A DNA stretch of 61,426 bases, counting the filler, from an uncultured Methanosarcinales archaeon (GTDB taxonomy: Archaea; Nanobdellota; Nanobdellia; Woesearchaeales; CAYZNE01): the NCBI GenBank assembly GCA_964405295.1. It is 18 parts of 18 records of this genome, joined end to end, with 100 filler letters (N's around TTAATTAATTAA, not from the genome) between each part and the next. Parts side by side here need not be neighbours in the genome. Positions count along the whole stretch, not along the records: positions 11,497 to 15,054 come from CAYONI010000060.1; positions 15,155 to 18,518 come from CAYONI010000062.1; positions 18,619 to 21,938 come from CAYONI010000063.1; positions 22,039 to 25,346 come from CAYONI010000064.1; 14 more parts are not named here. One strand, written 5' to 3'. Below are positions 11,397 to 22,878 of this stretch, piece after piece. Position 1 is the stretch's first letter. The number at the start of each line of letters is the position of its first letter. The notes beneath the pieces are model-generated. The model had not been told where the DNA came from. It worked only from the letters and a program-made list of their open reading frames with translations, and ran no database searches. The translations under genes and the position numbers were made by a program.

Positions 11397-11496
11397 NNNN
11401 NNNNNNNNNNNNNNNNNNNNNNNNNNNNNNNNNNNNNNNNTTAATTAATTAANNNNNNNNNNNNNNNNNNNNNNNNNNNNNNNNNNNNNNNNNNNN

Positions 11497-11716
11497 CTGT
11501 TGGGTATGAAATCCCTAACTCTTTTTCAATTTGTTTGATGCTTCCTTTATTCTTTATGAAAACTTCAATAAAGTATAGATGTTCTTTAGATAAGTAGTTA
11601 AATTTCGATAATTGGAATTCACCACTTATTTCAGTTCCACAGTTAACACATTTCAATTTTGTAACAATAAGATCACTCTCACATATCGGGCAAGCCCCTA
11701 TAACACTTTTAATCAT
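11497..11716 (-). CDS. DUF2089-family Zn-ribbon/HTH regulator (3'-truncated)
   Basis: CPIC...C.NCGTEISGEF...GSIKQIEKELGISYPT. Confidence 0.8.
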
Positions 11717-11726
11717 AATATTCCTC

Positions 11727-12077
11727 CTACATAATTTTTATATCGATTTTTGCATCTTGCGAGTCTACTTGAATTGCTGTATTTTTAGAATACTTAATCA
11801 ATTTTATGATTTCATTCATGTCTACATCGTCATTTTTTATAAATCTATTTGCGAATCTTAATCCAATCCTTGCAAATATAAGTGGAATGGGAATTGCAAA
11901 TAATATTCTAAGAAATGTATTAAGACCTTTTCCTTCATCAGGTATCTTTACATTCATTTTAACGAAGAATGCTCTTTTACCAGGTTTACTCTTTTTAACA
12001 GGGTATAATTTATCGAGTGCATCTTGAGCTGTTAATTCATTTCTTTCTATCTGTTCTAGAATACTAATCTGATTCAT
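11727..12077 (-). CDS. Hypothetical protein, typical DUF2089 operon partner
   Basis: 116-aa ORF with GGTG RBS and an ILE.IE..ELTA.DA N-terminus. Confidence 0.6.
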   Translation of the reverse strand: MNQISILEQIERNELTAQDALDKLYPVKKSKPGKRAFFVKMNVKIPDEGKGLNTFLRILFAIPIPLIFARIGLRFANRFIKNDDVDMNEIIKLIKYSKNTAIQVDSQDAKIDIKIM

Positions 12078-12142
12078 TATATATCACCACCATTTAGTTA
12101 ATTTTCTTAAGCTGTTTATTAACTTTCTTTAACTACACCTTA

Positions 12143-12171
12143 ATAATATTAAATTTTGGTTCATAAGTCAA
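12143..12171 (-). promoter_or_regulatory. Sigma70-type promoter
   Basis: TTGACT-17 nt-TATTAT on the minus strand, upstream of 12077. Confidence 0.5.
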
Positions 12172-12272
12172 GTGTTTTTTAAAAATAAATTAATATAATT
12201 AATAAACAAATTAAAAATATCAATTTTGTAGTTAATTATATTAACAAAATTGATATTCTTTTTTATGAAAAT

Positions 12273-12992
12273 TTATAATGATTCTAATAGTTCTTTGCAC
12301 TTTTCTATATATATAAGCTTAAATTGTTTAGAACTTACAAACTCCAATACTGCCGTTGCATCTTCTTTACTATCTAGTGCAATATGTGCAAGTGCTAGAT
12401 AGTATTCTAATTCATATATGTAAATTCTCTTTTTTTGTTGCGGAATCATTTCTAATAGTATTGCCTGTGCTTCTGAATAATTTTCTTCAAGAATATACTT
12501 CGGTATTTCAAAGAACTTAAAAGTTACATCACTGTTTTGATCTATGTATATATTTTCAAATTCTTTAAGTATTACAGTGTAACTCTCCAAATCATTATTA
12601 TTAAATGCAATTTTTAGTTTTGATCCATAATACTTTTCAATAAGATCTTGCTTATTAGACAGTAATTCTTTATCCACTAAAGCAATAGACTTACTAGCAT
12701 CTGCATAGTTTCCTATGTAAATATGTGCAAAAGCTAAATAAGTGTTATAAATCGATCCATCTTTTTTAGATTTTCTCTTGTTTATCTTATTTAAATAAGC
12801 GTTAGCATCACAAGCTGTCTTAAGCTTATAATCAAAATCATATTTAAAAATAGAATTATATGATACGAAAAAAGCTGCTGCTACAATCACAAATACTACA
12901 ATTACTGTACTTTCAAAGAAATAATCAAGTACATAATATAAGGTAATTATAGCAACCATTCTAATAACTATTTTAAATGTTTCTATGTACAT
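12273..12992 (-). CDS. Membrane protein with TPR-like helical C-terminal region
   Basis: Two N-terminal hydrophobic helices followed by helical repeats. Confidence 0.55.
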   Translation of the reverse strand: MYIETFKIVIRMVAIITLYYVLDYFFESTVIVVFVIVAAAFFVSYNSIFKYDFDYKLKTACDANAYLNKINKRKSKKDGSIYNTYLAFAHIYIGNYADASKSIALVDKELLSNKQDLIEKYYGSKLKIAFNNNDLESYTVILKEFENIYIDQNSDVTFKFFEIPKYILEENYSEAQAILLEMIPQQKKRIYIYELEYYLALAHIALDSKEDATAVLEFVSSKQFKLIYIEKCKELLESL

Positions 12993-14239
12993 TATTTTTC
13001 CTCATTTCTTCGTATTGCTTCAATCCTACTACTAACAGTAGGATGAGAATATTTTAGTTTTACATACAAAGGATGCGGAGTAAGATTAGAGAAGTTCTCT
13101 TTTACACTAACTTTCAAAGCTGTTTCAAGATGTAACCCATACCCATAACTTCTTGCAAATTCATCTGCTTGATACTCTTGTTTTCTTGATAATCCTGCCA
13201 TAAATAGTTCAATTAATATCGAAATAGGTGAAAGCAAGACACCAAATATAATTAATCCAAACCCAAAGTGCGCATCAGTAAATCCAAAAGCTTCACTAAG
13301 AATTGGTGAATTTAATGTAAACACTAATACCGCTAAGAATATAGCCATTAATACAATAGATCTAAATAATCCAAAAATCAAATCTTTGTGTTTGCTATGT
13401 CCGATTTCATGAGCAAGTATTGCAACCATTTCATCTTCAGTCAATTTATCAAGTAACGTGTCATAAAACACTACTTGTTTCATCTTCCCAAAACCTGTGA
13501 AGAATGCATTTAACTTAGTTGATCTTTTAGAAGCGTTCATAATACTGATTTTATTTACTGTATATCCTGCTTCTTTAGCAAAATCTTCAACTTTTTGTCT
13601 CAAAGTTGATTCTTCGAGCGGACTAAGTTTATTAAAAATGGGAATTATCAATTTAACATAAAAGAAATTCATAAAGAGTAAAATAGCGATTATGCTTGAT
13701 AAAGCAATAACATAAAATGATAATCCAACTTCAAATTTTTCGTATAGAGTTGTTAATAAGAACACAAATGCTCCTCCAAATATTACCATCAAAAAGAATC
13801 CTTTTATCTTATCAATAATAAATATTTTTTTAGTCTTTTTGTTAAACCCATACTTTTCCTCAATAACAAAATCATCATAATAAGAGGTTACTATACCCAC
13901 TACAAAGCTAATGGCAAAATATATTCCTAGGAATATTAAAATTTGAACATGGAAGTTACTTGATAGACTTTCAGAAACTTCTTTAAAGTAAGGAAATGCT
14001 CCAACAAATAATAAGAAAAGCATAAAAACAAAACTAATGATTGAAGTAACCATATTGAAACGAAAATTATCCATAGAATAGTCTAATTTTTTTTGATACT
14101 CATCTTTCTCATAAATATCTGATACATTTTGTGGAATAGGTTGATTACGGTTTTTGTAGTTAAGTATAGAAAGCCACAAATCAAACAAAAAAGTAAAGGT
14201 AATCAAACCAATAATAATTATAAATACTAATATTTCCAT
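12992..14239 (-). CDS. M48 Ste24-like membrane zinc protease
   Basis: NAFFTG, HEIGH, EYQAD and YSHP motifs. Start moved to ATG 14239 (GGAGG RBS). Confidence 0.9.
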   Translation of the reverse strand: MEILVFIIIIGLITFTFLFDLWLSILNYKNRNQPIPQNVSDIYEKDEYQKKLDYSMDNFRFNMVTSIISFVFMLFLLFVGAFPYFKEVSESLSSNFHVQILIFLGIYFAISFVVGIVTSYYDDFVIEEKYGFNKKTKKIFIIDKIKGFFLMVIFGGAFVFLLTTLYEKFEVGLSFYVIALSSIIAILLFMNFFYVKLIIPIFNKLSPLEESTLRQKVEDFAKEAGYTVNKISIMNASKRSTKLNAFFTGFGKMKQVVFYDTLLDKLTEDEMVAILAHEIGHSKHKDLIFGLFRSIVLMAIFLAVLVFTLNSPILSEAFGFTDAHFGFGLIIFGVLLSPISILIELFMAGLSRKQEYQADEFARSYGYGLHLETALKVSVKENFSNLTPHPLYVKLKYSHPTVSSRIEAIRRNEEK

Positions 14240-14316
14240 ATAGAAATACCTCCTTGAACACATCTATTTTATCACGATATTAAAATAATAATATCGTGAT
14301 TTGTTTTTTTATGAAT

Positions 14317-14712
14317 TTATTCTCCTATCCAAAATAATAGTTCTAGATCTCCTAAACTATATCCTTCTGCTTCAAAATCATCTAAATATGTAAAAACAAA
14401 TTCAGGACCAAATTCAATCTCGAATTCAACATAACTACCTGCTGGAACTGTAACATCTAAATCAAATCCAGCTCCCGCAATACATAATAAATCATCAGTT
14501 GTACAGACATCAAACTCCGCATATCCAACAAATTCATCCGTTTCTAATCCATTTGTGACAAAGATATCAACAAATACACTGGTATCTTCATATCTGATAT
14601 TTTCATGCACCACAGACATGATTCCATCAGCTATGAACACCTCGTCTCCTTCACATCCTGATAAAGTTGTAATTCCTAATCCCATCAATAAAAATATTAA
14701 TAATTTTTTCAT
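14317..14712 (-). CDS. Acidic lipoprotein
   Basis: MKK-hydrophobic-LSGC lipobox. Confidence 0.65.
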   Translation of the reverse strand: MKKLLIFLLMGLGITTLSGCEGDEVFIADGIMSVVHENIRYEDTSVFVDIFVTNGLETDEFVGYAEFDVCTTDDLLCIAGAGFDLDVTVPAGSYVEFEIEFGPEFVFTYLDDFEAEGYSLGDLELLFWIGE

Positions 14713-14723
14713 ATTGTTCCTCC

Positions 14724-15054
14724 TTATAGTGAACCTTTAATTTCAATAACAATATCTCTTAATTCAGCAGCTCTTTCAAAATCTAGTTTTCCAGCAGCTG
14801 AACGCATTTCTTTGTTTAGGTTAACAAGTACTTTTTCTTTTTCTCTCTTAGTCATTTCACTTAGAGTTTTACTTTCATTATCAATTTCAAGTTTAACTGA
14901 AATTGAATCTCTGATTTTCTTAATTATCGTTTTTGGAATAATATTGTGTTTTTCATTGTACTTTGTTTGGATACCTCTTCTTCTATTTGTTTCATCAATT
15001 GCATATTGCATTGCATCAGTTATTTTATCACCATACATAATAACAAGTCCATCT
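14724..15054 (-). CDS. uvrB: Excinuclease ABC subunit B, C-terminal fragment
   Basis: MY.DKIT.AM..AIDETNRRR..Q..YN and UVR domain LDFERAAELRD. Confidence 0.9.
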
Positions 15055-15303
15055 NNNNNNNNNNNNNNNNNNNNNNNNNNNNNNNNNNNNNNNNNNNNTT
15101 AATTAATTAANNNNNNNNNNNNNNNNNNNNNNNNNNNNNNNNNNNNNNNNNNNNATTTGTTTATTTTCGTATAACATAAGTCCTCCTATTTACCACAAAA
15201 CAATTAAGTCTATCACATATACGAAAAAAGTAAAGGAATATCCCCATTTAATTTCTCGATTTTTGATTATAAAAACTGTATTATCATAAATCAATTTATA
15301 TGC

Positions 15304-15334
15304 AAAAAGCAATTCAATCTGAATTGCTTTTTTT
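15304..15334. terminator. Intrinsic terminator, probably bidirectional
   Basis: AAAAAGCAATTCA-atc-TGAATTGCTTTTTTT just past the ABC permease stop. Confidence 0.7.
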
Positions 15335-15340
15335 ATCAAA

Positions 15341-17602
15341 CTATTCTACTCTTAATGCCTCAACTGGATTCTTCTTAGAAGCCATTCTTGAAGGTATAAA
15401 TCCTCCCAGGAATGTTAAGACAGTCGAGATAAGAACAAGTGCAACTAGATGTAATACATTTACTTGCGCAACACCTGTTAGAGTTTCCTCAAAGTTAGCA
15501 ACTATTAGGTTAATTGGGAAAGTTAATAAGTAAGTTATTGTTACTCCGAGTAATCCTGCAAAAACACCAATAATAACACTTTCTGCATTAAATACTCTAC
15601 TTACGTCTTTTTTACGACCACCCAGTGATCTAATAATTCCAATTTCTTTTGTTCTTTCTAATACACTAATATAGATTATTATCCCTATCATTACAGAAGA
15701 TACTATTAAAGAAATAGATGCAAATGATGATAACACTATTGAAATCATACTAATGATAGTTCCCATAGTAGAACCAATAGTAGCAGCAAGATCTAATTCT
15801 TGAATTTGATCTTCTTCTAACAATCCTACATTATAGTCACTTATAAAATCTTTTATTGTGTCTTTGTGATCAATACTATCTGTATATACATTTACCATTC
15901 TAGGTACTGTATCATTACACCCTAGGAATGATAAGCTATCAAACTTTTGTTGTATTGTGAGTGTTTCCCCTGTCATTACAGAAACATTTGATGCAGATTG
16001 TTCAACACAGATGTCAGATGCCATACTCACATTAAGCAACTCTTGCTCAAGACTATACAAATAATAAATCCCATTATCTCCACCAATGCTAATTGTATCA
16101 TCAATCATTTGAACAATACCTGTTATTGTAAGTTCTGTTCCGTTTTCAAGTACGGTGTCAAGATGAGCAAATTGAGGAATAAATAGTCCACTACTTGTAT
16201 CTTTATTAAAATAATCATTATTTTTTGCTACATAGATATGTGTTCCGATAATATCTGTGTATAAAATTGTTGAATCAGGGTCGAATCCTAAAGTTTCAAT
16301 AACAGACTTATCGACAACTTGTCCAGCTTTTACAAGTAGTGTAACCTCAAATGGCGATTGAGGGAAATGCCCACTAACAATCTCGTAATAATCTTCAAGT
16401 TCATCTTCTGGTGTTATATAACTAGAAAAATTCATGTCCCAATTATTTACAGTTGTGCTGACTCCATCATTTTCCATTAAAAGTTGTGGTTGATACCCAT
16501 AATTGTACTGAATAGTTGTATATACATCATCTTCTAATGTATCAAGATAAGTTACAAAATCCTCAGTAATAATATTCACATGAGAATAATCATCAGGATC
16601 ATACACTGTAATTTGTCCTTCTACTGATGCAGCTGGATCACTTGTATCAATTTGAACTGGTGGTCCAAACATAGCTTCGCCTTCAGTAATCATAATTGGT
16701 AATCCAACTAATTAATCACTTTCAAGATCGTCTAAAATGCCTGAAAACCCATTACTAATTGATAATACAAGTCCTACACCAATAATCCCTATACTGGAAG
16801 CTAATGCAGTAATTGTAGTTCTAAATTTCTTTGTTTTTAAATTATTGAATGATAATTTAAGTGCTGTTAAAAAGCTCATTGAAGTTTTATTTGGAAGGTA
16901 TCCACCTTCATCTTCTTCAACTCCTGTAAATTCATCATTATCTTCTATAATCTCACCATCTAATAGTTTGATTGTTCTAGAAGCATACTCTTCAGCATAT
17001 TTAGCTTCATGAGTAACCATAATTACTATTTTATCTTTTGATATTTCTTTTATAAGATCCAAAATTTCCCTAGCAGTTTTACTATCCAATGCTCCAGTAG
17101 GCTCATCAGCAAGCATGATATCAGGGTTATTTACAAGTGCTCTAGCAATAGCAACTCTTTGTTTCTCTCCACCTGAAAGAAGCGTAGGTTTTTTATTCAT
17201 GTGAAATTTAAGACCAACTCTTTCTAATACTTCCTCAGCTCTAATTCTTCTCTCAGCTTTATTTACACCTGATAACGTCATTCCAAGTTCAACATTATCA
17301 AGAACACTTAAATGGTTAATTAAGTTATAGCTTTGAAATACAAATCCAACACTATTATTTCTATAAGCATCCCAATCTTTTTCAGAAAATGATTTAGTAG
17401 AAGTTCCATTTATTACTAAATCTCCATCAGTATATCTATCAAGTCCACCAATAATATTAAGAGTAGTGGTTTTACCACACCCACTGTGTCCTAAGATAGC
17501 AACAAATTCACCTTTTCTAAACTTCAATGACACTTCATTAAGAGCTCTAAACGTCCCACTTCCAACTTTATAATCTTTACTAATCTTTTTTAATTCTAAC
17601 AT
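15341..17602 (-). pseudogene. MacB/FtsX-type fused ABC ATPase-permease interrupted by one in-frame TAA at 16712-16714
   Basis: GHSGCGKT, LSGGEKQR and ADEPT, plus TM1, then LESD*LVGLPIMITE in the same frame into the permease (ERTKEIGI.R.LG). Confidence 0.7.
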
Positions 17603-17859
17603 TAAAATCACCTCATATATAGTTATTATAACAAACTATTATTTCTATTTCAATAAATTATTTTAATTATTTTATGTTAATAAATTAATTATTTTATATT
17701 TATTCAATGACTGTATATCTATAATTATAAATTATTTTTTCACTAACATATATTATACATTTTCTAATATTTAAATACCATTCATATGGCTATATTTTGA
17801 ATAATGAATTCACTTTTTGTTAATAATTTGTTATAATTTCTATATTCAGGAGTGATAAT

Positions 17860-18396
17860 ATGCTAGTGTTAATTGGAGCAAGTGCAAGTGGTAAGACAGA
17901 AATAGCTAAAATCCTTATTAATGTCTATAAATTTAGCAAGTTAGTAACATATACTACACGTGAAATTAGAGAAAACGAAGTAAATGGAGTAGACTATCAT
18001 TTTATTAGCCAAGAAGAATTTCATCAAAAAGAATCTAATAATGGTTTTTTAGAAACCGCAGTATATAACGATACTCACTATGGTTCTCCTACTGAGGGTG
18101 CTGATTTATTCAAAGTAATTATTGTTGATCCAAAAGGAGCCAACAGTATCTATAAGAAAAAAATTCCAAATGCTGTATTCATCTATCTTGAAACAGATGA
18201 ACTAATAAGAAGAATCAGAATGTTAAATAGAGGAGATAAGTTAGTTGATGTTGAAACTAGATTTAAAGAAGATAAAAAGCATTTTAGAAAATCTAGGTTT
18301 AAACATTTAGATTACATTGTCAATACTAGTAAACATTCACTAGAAGAATTAGCTGATAAAATTAATGATCTTTATAAATCGCACATTACTATATAA
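17860..18396 (+). CDS. gmk: Guanylate kinase
   Basis: GASASGKT, TYTTR..R.NE.NGVDYHF and Y....YG motifs; extended -10 TGnTATAAT at 17829-17837. Confidence 0.85.
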   Translation: MLVLIGASASGKTEIAKILINVYKFSKLVTYTTREIRENEVNGVDYHFISQEEFHQKESNNGFLETAVYNDTHYGSPTEGADLFKVIIVDPKGANSIYKKKIPNAVFIYLETDELIRRIRMLNRGDKLVDVETRFKEDKKHFRKSRFKHLDYIVNTSKHSLEELADKINDLYKSHITI

Positions 18397-18425
18397 TAAC
18401 ACTCTCAAAAAGAGTGTTATTTTTT
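18395..18425 (+). terminator. Intrinsic terminator after gmk
   Basis: AATAACACTCT-caaaa-AGAGTGTTATT followed by a T run. Confidence 0.75.
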
Positions 18426-18618
18426 ATGCTTCTACATTGATAAGTTATAAGGAGTAAATCCAAAAAAAAAAGTTGATATATTAAATATCAACTTTAATTG
18501 TTTTACTCGTTACTTTGTNNNNNNNNNNNNNNNNNNNNNNNNNNNNNNNNNNNNNNNNNNNNTTAATTAATTAANNNNNNNNNNNNNNNNNNNNNNNNNN
18601 NNNNNNNNNNNNNNNNNN

Positions 18619-18742
18619 CTTTTAGATCAATTTTAGTTAAGAATTTTAGTGCTATTTTTGGTGAAGTAGAATATTGTTCTAATTTAGAATTTGTTTTTTT
18701 CATGACTTCGAATTCTTTTAATCTTTCAAGATTATTCATCAT
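18619..18742 (-). CDS. METTL5-like methyltransferase, N-terminal fragment
   Basis: MMNNLERLKEF...KLEQYSTSPKIA; LEQYxT is characteristic; overlaps the map stop. Confidence 0.55.
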
Positions 18743-19649
18743 CCACCATTGTTGTTATTATTGTTTTTTCACCAATCAAAAAACTATGTTCATGCTGAGA
18801 AACAATACCATTAGATCGTTCTTTTAGAGGAGCATGTTCTTGTAATATTTCAAGATTTTTTAACTCATTTAACGCAATTCTTGTTTTTGCCTTTCCTATT
18901 TTTCTTTCTAATTGGGTAGTTGAAAAAGGCACTCCTTCAAGCGAATCAATAAACTTCAAAGCTTCTCTTGCAAAAGGGTTTCTTGTTCCCTTATTCTGCT
19001 CTTTATTGAATAGTGTTGCTTCACCCTGATTAGAAACAAATCCTGCTCCTGTTGTTGCAAATGGTTCTATTGCAATCATTTCATTTTCTTCTAAAATTTC
19101 TTCTGAACCTGAATCAAAATTATGGATAGTTGGAGCATCATGAATCTCATAAACCCCTAATCCATGGCCTGATAAATTTTTAATAGAATTAAAACCAAAT
19201 GAATTTATTGTTTCTTGAATTGTTTTACCAATTTCGCCAATAGTTACTCCGGGCTTAAGTAATTTTATTGCATTTTCTAATGCTTTTTTTGAGGATTCAA
19301 CTAATTTAATTATTTCAGGATCATTTCCAAAATAAACTGTTCTTGCAGTATCTCCTATAAATCCATTAAACTCTGCACCCACATCTAATTTTATTACATC
19401 AGTCTCTTTGATAATAACATCTTCATCTTCTGTAAAACATTGATGTGCAGCAAAATTATTGAATGAAGCTTGTGCAGGAAATGCTATTCCTCCTCCTAGT
19501 TCAATTATCTTCTCTTCAACTTTGTCTAACACTGCTCTTATGGACATCCCGACTTTCATTATTTTACAACCATAGTTTAATGCTCTGCCAGCAATCTGTC
19601 CTGCTTCAATAAAAAATTCTTTTGATTCTTCATCTAATAATATTGCCAT
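18732..19649 (-). CDS. map: Type II (archaeal) methionine aminopeptidase
   Basis: AFP, KLDVG, GDTART, NLSGHG, AIEPFATTG and SQHEH motifs, plus the type II helical insert. Confidence 0.92.
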   Translation of the reverse strand: MAILLDEESKEFFIEAGQIAGRALNYGCKIMKVGMSIRAVLDKVEEKIIELGGGIAFPAQASFNNFAAHQCFTEDEDVIIKETDVIKLDVGAEFNGFIGDTARTVYFGNDPEIIKLVESSKKALENAIKLLKPGVTIGEIGKTIQETINSFGFNSIKNLSGHGLGVYEIHDAPTIHNFDSGSEEILEENEMIAIEPFATTGAGFVSNQGEATLFNKEQNKGTRNPFAREALKFIDSLEGVPFSTTQLERKIGKAKTRIALNELKNLEILQEHAPLKERSNGIVSQHEHSFLIGEKTIITTMVDDE

Positions 19650-19655
19650 TTTATC

Positions 19656-20921
19656 TTACTCCTTCTTTTTCTTAAACTTCTTGAAATATAATAACCAAGA
19701 TATATTAATAACTATCAAAATGATAACTGCCATTATTAATAAACTTATTGTTGAAGAACCCTCTCCAGATTCTTTTATTACCTGTCCTGCGATTGCAGCA
19801 GTATCACTTATCTGAATATTATCTGCATTTATTATTGCTTGGAATAACTTTTCAGAAATCTTATTTTCATAAAATAATTTAACACTAATATCATAATTTC
19901 CTATAACCATTCCTTCTGTATCCCAATATCCTGAAAGTATACCTGTGCCTAAACTCGGAATATTAATAGCAGAAGTTTTTACATTTCTTAGAGAGATTCC
20001 ACGTTCATCAAGAATATCCAGTTCTGCATAAACATCTTTTATTTCTTCATTCCAAACACTTTCGGCAATAACATCAACTTTTGCTATTTGACCTAATTTA
20101 AATTTATCAATAAGAATATCTTTTATTTTTAAATTATTACTTCCAACCATGAAAGTAGTTCTTTTTACTATTTGCTCACCATCAAAATTAATAACTGCTT
20201 CAGCATAATAAACCCCTGGATTAACTCCTGCTTTCCAATTTGCAACTATTTTTCCATCTTCTCCTGACCCAAGACTTCTTGAAGTTGTTTGGACTCTTGC
20301 AATTTCTTCATTAGTAGGGCCTTTTATTATTATTACTCCGCCAACATCATCAATATTTTCTTCTCCTTTTCCAAACAAGGATACTGCAAAAGTAATTGTT
20401 TCATCAGTATTCGCAGAACTAACATGTAAATCAGCATTAATATATTTTCCAGGATAAGGAACATCAATAAATACTTTTGCGATTACTGCAGTTGTTGCAG
20501 AAAGCATTTCATTTTCTTTCTTATCCTGCATTATTATTACTCCATTATCAGTTATTACTGTGTTACCTTCTTTTAATTCTGTTGGTAATTCAAGAATTAT
20601 TAAATCTATAGATTGACGGCCAGGAGCAAGATTTTCAGGCATGGTTAAAGTGTAACCAACAGTTTTTGCACTTTCAGACGCAGATATGTAAATAACATCT
20701 TTTTCAAAACTGATTGCATCTGCATAATCTCCTGTAGCATAAACTGCGAGTTTCAAATCTTTATTTTGACTATTTATTATTCTTAATTCTCCTGATTCTA
20801 AACCTTCACCATAATCAAATAATTTTCTTGCAGGGGTAACTCCTAATGCAGTAACAAAATTTATACTTATAACTAGCACAATCAAAATTACAAAAATTTG
20901 CATTAGTTTTTTGTTATTCAT
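19656..20921 (-). CDS. Secreted, C-terminally anchored Ig-like surface protein (DPANN-type)
   Basis: Signal peptide ending ALGVTP, beta-rich body, C-terminal TM helix and lysine tail. Confidence 0.65.
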   Translation of the reverse strand: MNNKKLMQIFVILIVLVISINFVTALGVTPARKLFDYGEGLESGELRIINSQNKDLKLAVYATGDYADAISFEKDVIYISASESAKTVGYTLTMPENLAPGRQSIDLIILELPTELKEGNTVITDNGVIIMQDKKENEMLSATTAVIAKVFIDVPYPGKYINADLHVSSANTDETITFAVSLFGKGEENIDDVGGVIIIKGPTNEEIARVQTTSRSLGSGEDGKIVANWKAGVNPGVYYAEAVINFDGEQIVKRTTFMVGSNNLKIKDILIDKFKLGQIAKVDVIAESVWNEEIKDVYAELDILDERGISLRNVKTSAINIPSLGTGILSGYWDTEGMVIGNYDISVKLFYENKISEKLFQAIINADNIQISDTAAIAGQVIKESGEGSSTISLLIMAVIILIVINISWLLYFKKFKKKKE

Positions 20922-21190
20922 TTTTTAGTTTTCCGTTTTTCGGTGCCAAAAGATTTATCTTTTGTGTTTATTGAGCGTCTTTTCTTTTTTACGCGACTAT
21001 AAACGGTCCAAATTGTTCTCTGATCTCTATTTAACAACTTAGCAATTTCTGAATACTTCAATCCTTTTTCTTGTTTTAAGTATTCAACAATAGCTTCCAG
21101 AACTGCAACATTTCTGTCTTGCAAAATTCTTAGAGGCATATCTAATATTTGTTCAGTTCTCTGTTCATTACTATTGTTTTTATTTGTCAT
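20918..21190 (-). CDS. Small HTH DNA-binding protein
   Basis: GLKYSEIAKLLNRDQRTIWTVYSR. Confidence 0.75.
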   Translation of the reverse strand: MTNKNNSNEQRTEQILDMPLRILQDRNVAVLEAIVEYLKQEKGLKYSEIAKLLNRDQRTIWTVYSRVKKKRRSINTKDKSFGTEKRKTKK

Positions 21191-21196
21191 TTGATT

Positions 21197-21937
21197 CTAT
21201 GAACTATTATAGGATCCTCCCCAATAAAATGTAATATCCCTGCTTCTGTTTCCAGGAGGTTCATCACCAGGAATTAGTAATAATAAATCTAATTCTGCAT
21301 AATTTTCAAATGGATAATAACTTAGATTCTTGATAACGTTTGCATTTGTCGCGTTTGAGAAATTTGTCCACTCAGTAACTGAATCCTCCCAAACAAATGT
21401 TGAATTGGTTTGATAATTATCTGCTTTATATTGAAAGTATTCTGTCCCTAATTCTCTTGAAAGCCAAAAATCTATTGACATATTCATATTAACTAAATCT
21501 GCGTCAACATTACCATTATTTTGGAAAACAAAAGGATCAGCATCTTCTCCTTCATCAGTATCATAATGTTGTAATAATTCTAAGGTTCCATTAAACTTCA
21601 TGGATGTATTAATTAAATCTACAATCACATATTCTGCTACAGAAAAATTAAATTCTTCAGTCCATGCAGAATAATCTGTTCCATCATATGCTCTTACTCT
21701 CCAGAAATAAGGATTTTCTCCTGATTCAAAATCAGTACATAGATCATCAGGAATAGTATAATTATTTGTTATTCCAGAATCATTAAGATTTTGATAAGAA
21801 AGATTTAAACAAATAAGATTAGTTAGATTTAATTCAAAAGTTAAATCATCTGAATCATTATCTGTGCAATTCCAAAAAAAGTTTGGTGCTCTTGTTATTA
21901 AAGTATCATTTCCATTAGTTGGAAATATTAAAATAGG
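21197..21937 (-). CDS. Surface glycoprotein C-terminal fragment with Fn3-like domain
   Basis: Frame open to the contig edge; YFWRVRAYDG..YSAW; many N-x-S/T sequons. Confidence 0.6.
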   Translation of the reverse strand, partial: PILIFPTNGNDTLITRAPNFFWNCTDNDSDDLTFELNLTNLICLNLSYQNLNDSGITNNYTIPDDLCTDFESGENPYFWRVRAYDGTDYSAWTEEFNFSVAEYVIVDLINTSMKFNGTLELLQHYDTDEGEDADPFVFQNNGNVDADLVNMNMSIDFWLSRELGTEYFQYKADNYQTNSTFVWEDSVTEWTNFSNATNANVIKNLSYYPFENYAELDLLLLIPGDEPPGNRSRDITFYWGGSYNSS

Positions 21938-22560
21938 ANNNNNNNNNNNNNNNNNNNNNNNNNNNNNNNNNNNNNNNNNNNNTTAATTAATTAANNNNNN
22001 NNNNNNNNNNNNNNNNNNNNNNNNNNNNNNNNNNNNNNCGCAAGCTAAATACTATAATACATAAAAATCGAGATTTTTCTCGATTTTTTTTTGGAATAAA
22101 TAATTTTGACTTTCGATTAGTTAACCATCATATCCTACAATCACAAGTTGCGACCTAAAATATTATATTGAACAGAATTAAGAATTGACGAATATCTTTG
22201 AATAAATTTAAGAATCCTGATTTAGCCTTAAAACTAAAAAAAGTTAAATAGACTATAGAAAATTAAGCAATATCTATCGAGGTATTGCTTAATTTTTTTT
22301 TTTGATATAAAATTTTACTATGATTATGATAGTATATTATGATATATATATATATTTATAATAACAGTAATAATAATCTTTATTAGTGCAAATTATTATT
22401 ATATATTTTGAATATATGATAAAATTAAACTTTAAAATGATGATCGGAGGAATATAAAAATGATTATATTAAATTCCATATTATTAGTGGCGATAGCGAT
22501 ACTTTGGATATTTGTCGGTATTGTCATATTATCTGACACTAAAGGGAAGGACGCATAACT

Positions 22561-22866
22561 ATGATTTTTGGGCAAATAGCATACTTATTATTTATTTTCT
22601 CCCATATTATACTTAAAGTGTTCTTGGGAGTCAGTTTGGTCATTTTAGGTATTTATATATTTTTTCTTGAAGGAAGAATATATTTTATTAAAATGAAGGT
22701 CAGAAAATTTTTTAAAAAAGACAAAGAAGAAGATTTGAAAGACTATTCTTTCGATGATTTATTAGCTGACCTAAAAATTTCTTATAACGAGAAAAAATTG
22801 AAAACGCTAAGAATTTTGTGGTATATCATTACCATATTATCTATAGTTTTGATAATTACTTATTAA
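22561..22866 (+). CDS. Small hypothetical membrane protein
   Basis: Hydrophobic 101-aa ORF immediately upstream of the InlB-repeat gene; true start uncertain. Confidence 0.5.
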   Translation: MIFGQIAYLLFIFSHIILKVFLGVSLVILGIYIFFLEGRIYFIKMKVRKFFKKDKEEDLKDYSFDDLLADLKISYNEKKLKTLRILWYIITILSIVLIITY

Positions 22867-22878
22867 TTAGGAGAATTT

